A DNA stretch of 63,153 nt, the filler included, from Basidiobolus meristosporus CBS 931.73 (taxonomy: Eukaryota; Fungi; Basidiobolomycota): assembly GCA_002104905.1 (NCBI GenBank). It is 3 parts of 3 records of this genome, joined end to end, with 100 filler letters (N's around TTAATTAATTAA, not from the genome) between each part and the next. Parts side by side here need not be neighbours in the genome. Positions count along the whole stretch, not along the records: positions 54,841 to 63,153 come from MCFE01001342.1; 2 more parts are not named here. The stretch is one strand, 5' to 3'. Positions 62,972-63,153 of the stretch are shown in pieces. Each line of letters opens with the position of its first letter. Positions within the stretch are counted from its first letter, which is position 1. Below the pieces are notes generated by a model that was given only the letters and a program-made list of their open reading frames with translations, had not been told where the DNA came from and searched no databases. Both the position numbers and the translations under genes were made by a program.

Positions 62972-63153
62972 TGTTGTAAAAATTTGTATTTCCACCTAAA
63001 TATTCACCTAACTTAGTCACTTAGATCATTACCTTCAAATCCTAGAGAATACTGACCAAATTCCTTGTCGCAATTTACTTAGAATATTTTCACCAAAATA
63101 CCAGGTACCCAGAACATGAAAATTCTCAAAGTTGTCCAAACAGCCCCAAACTT
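62972..63153 (+). mobile_element. Start of a family H LTR, runs off the window
   Basis: TGTTGTAAAAATTTGTATTTCCACC; reverse complement of the 34686 end. Confidence 0.9.

Noticed and set aside
1-63153. rRNA or tRNA genes, and a species-level identification
   Set aside because: No RNA gene was recognisable by eye, and nothing in the window is diagnostic beyond a probable fungus.

Overview
Eukaryotic, probably fungal (inference), repeat-dominated region. Most of it is nested, decayed transposons with strong CpG depletion. Two artificial 100-nt spacers (44N-TTAATTAATTAA-44N at 31037-31136 and 54741-54840) split it into three contigs, so adjacency across them is not evidence. Content: (1) Ty3/gypsy remnants (LTR family A, 368 bp; element J; LTR family F, about 1070 bp). 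(2) Ty1/copia remnants (LTR families C and H) with Ty5/copia-type half-tRNA primer sites, plus a complete 3.1-kb non-autonomous LTR element (family B). (3) A PIF/Harbinger-superfamily (PHIS) DNA transposon, here family D. It has 11-bp TIRs AGACTTGTTCC and 3-bp AAT/ATT/AAA target sites. One copy is full length (46323-49739), one nearly so (42134-45461), several are truncated, and there is a 732-bp foldback derivative (9039-9770). Two intact 294-aa transposase ORFs contain no CpG, while the divergent partner ORF is CpG-rich and decaying. (4) A probable CACTA/EnSpm-like element (family E) with a long accessory ORF. (5) The only convincing host genes: three tandem, intronless, minus-strand paralogs of a 150-aa secreted 4-Cys protein in a CpG-rich island (55.3-58.1 kb). 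Family letters are my own labels. All comparisons were done by eye; no database searches were run.
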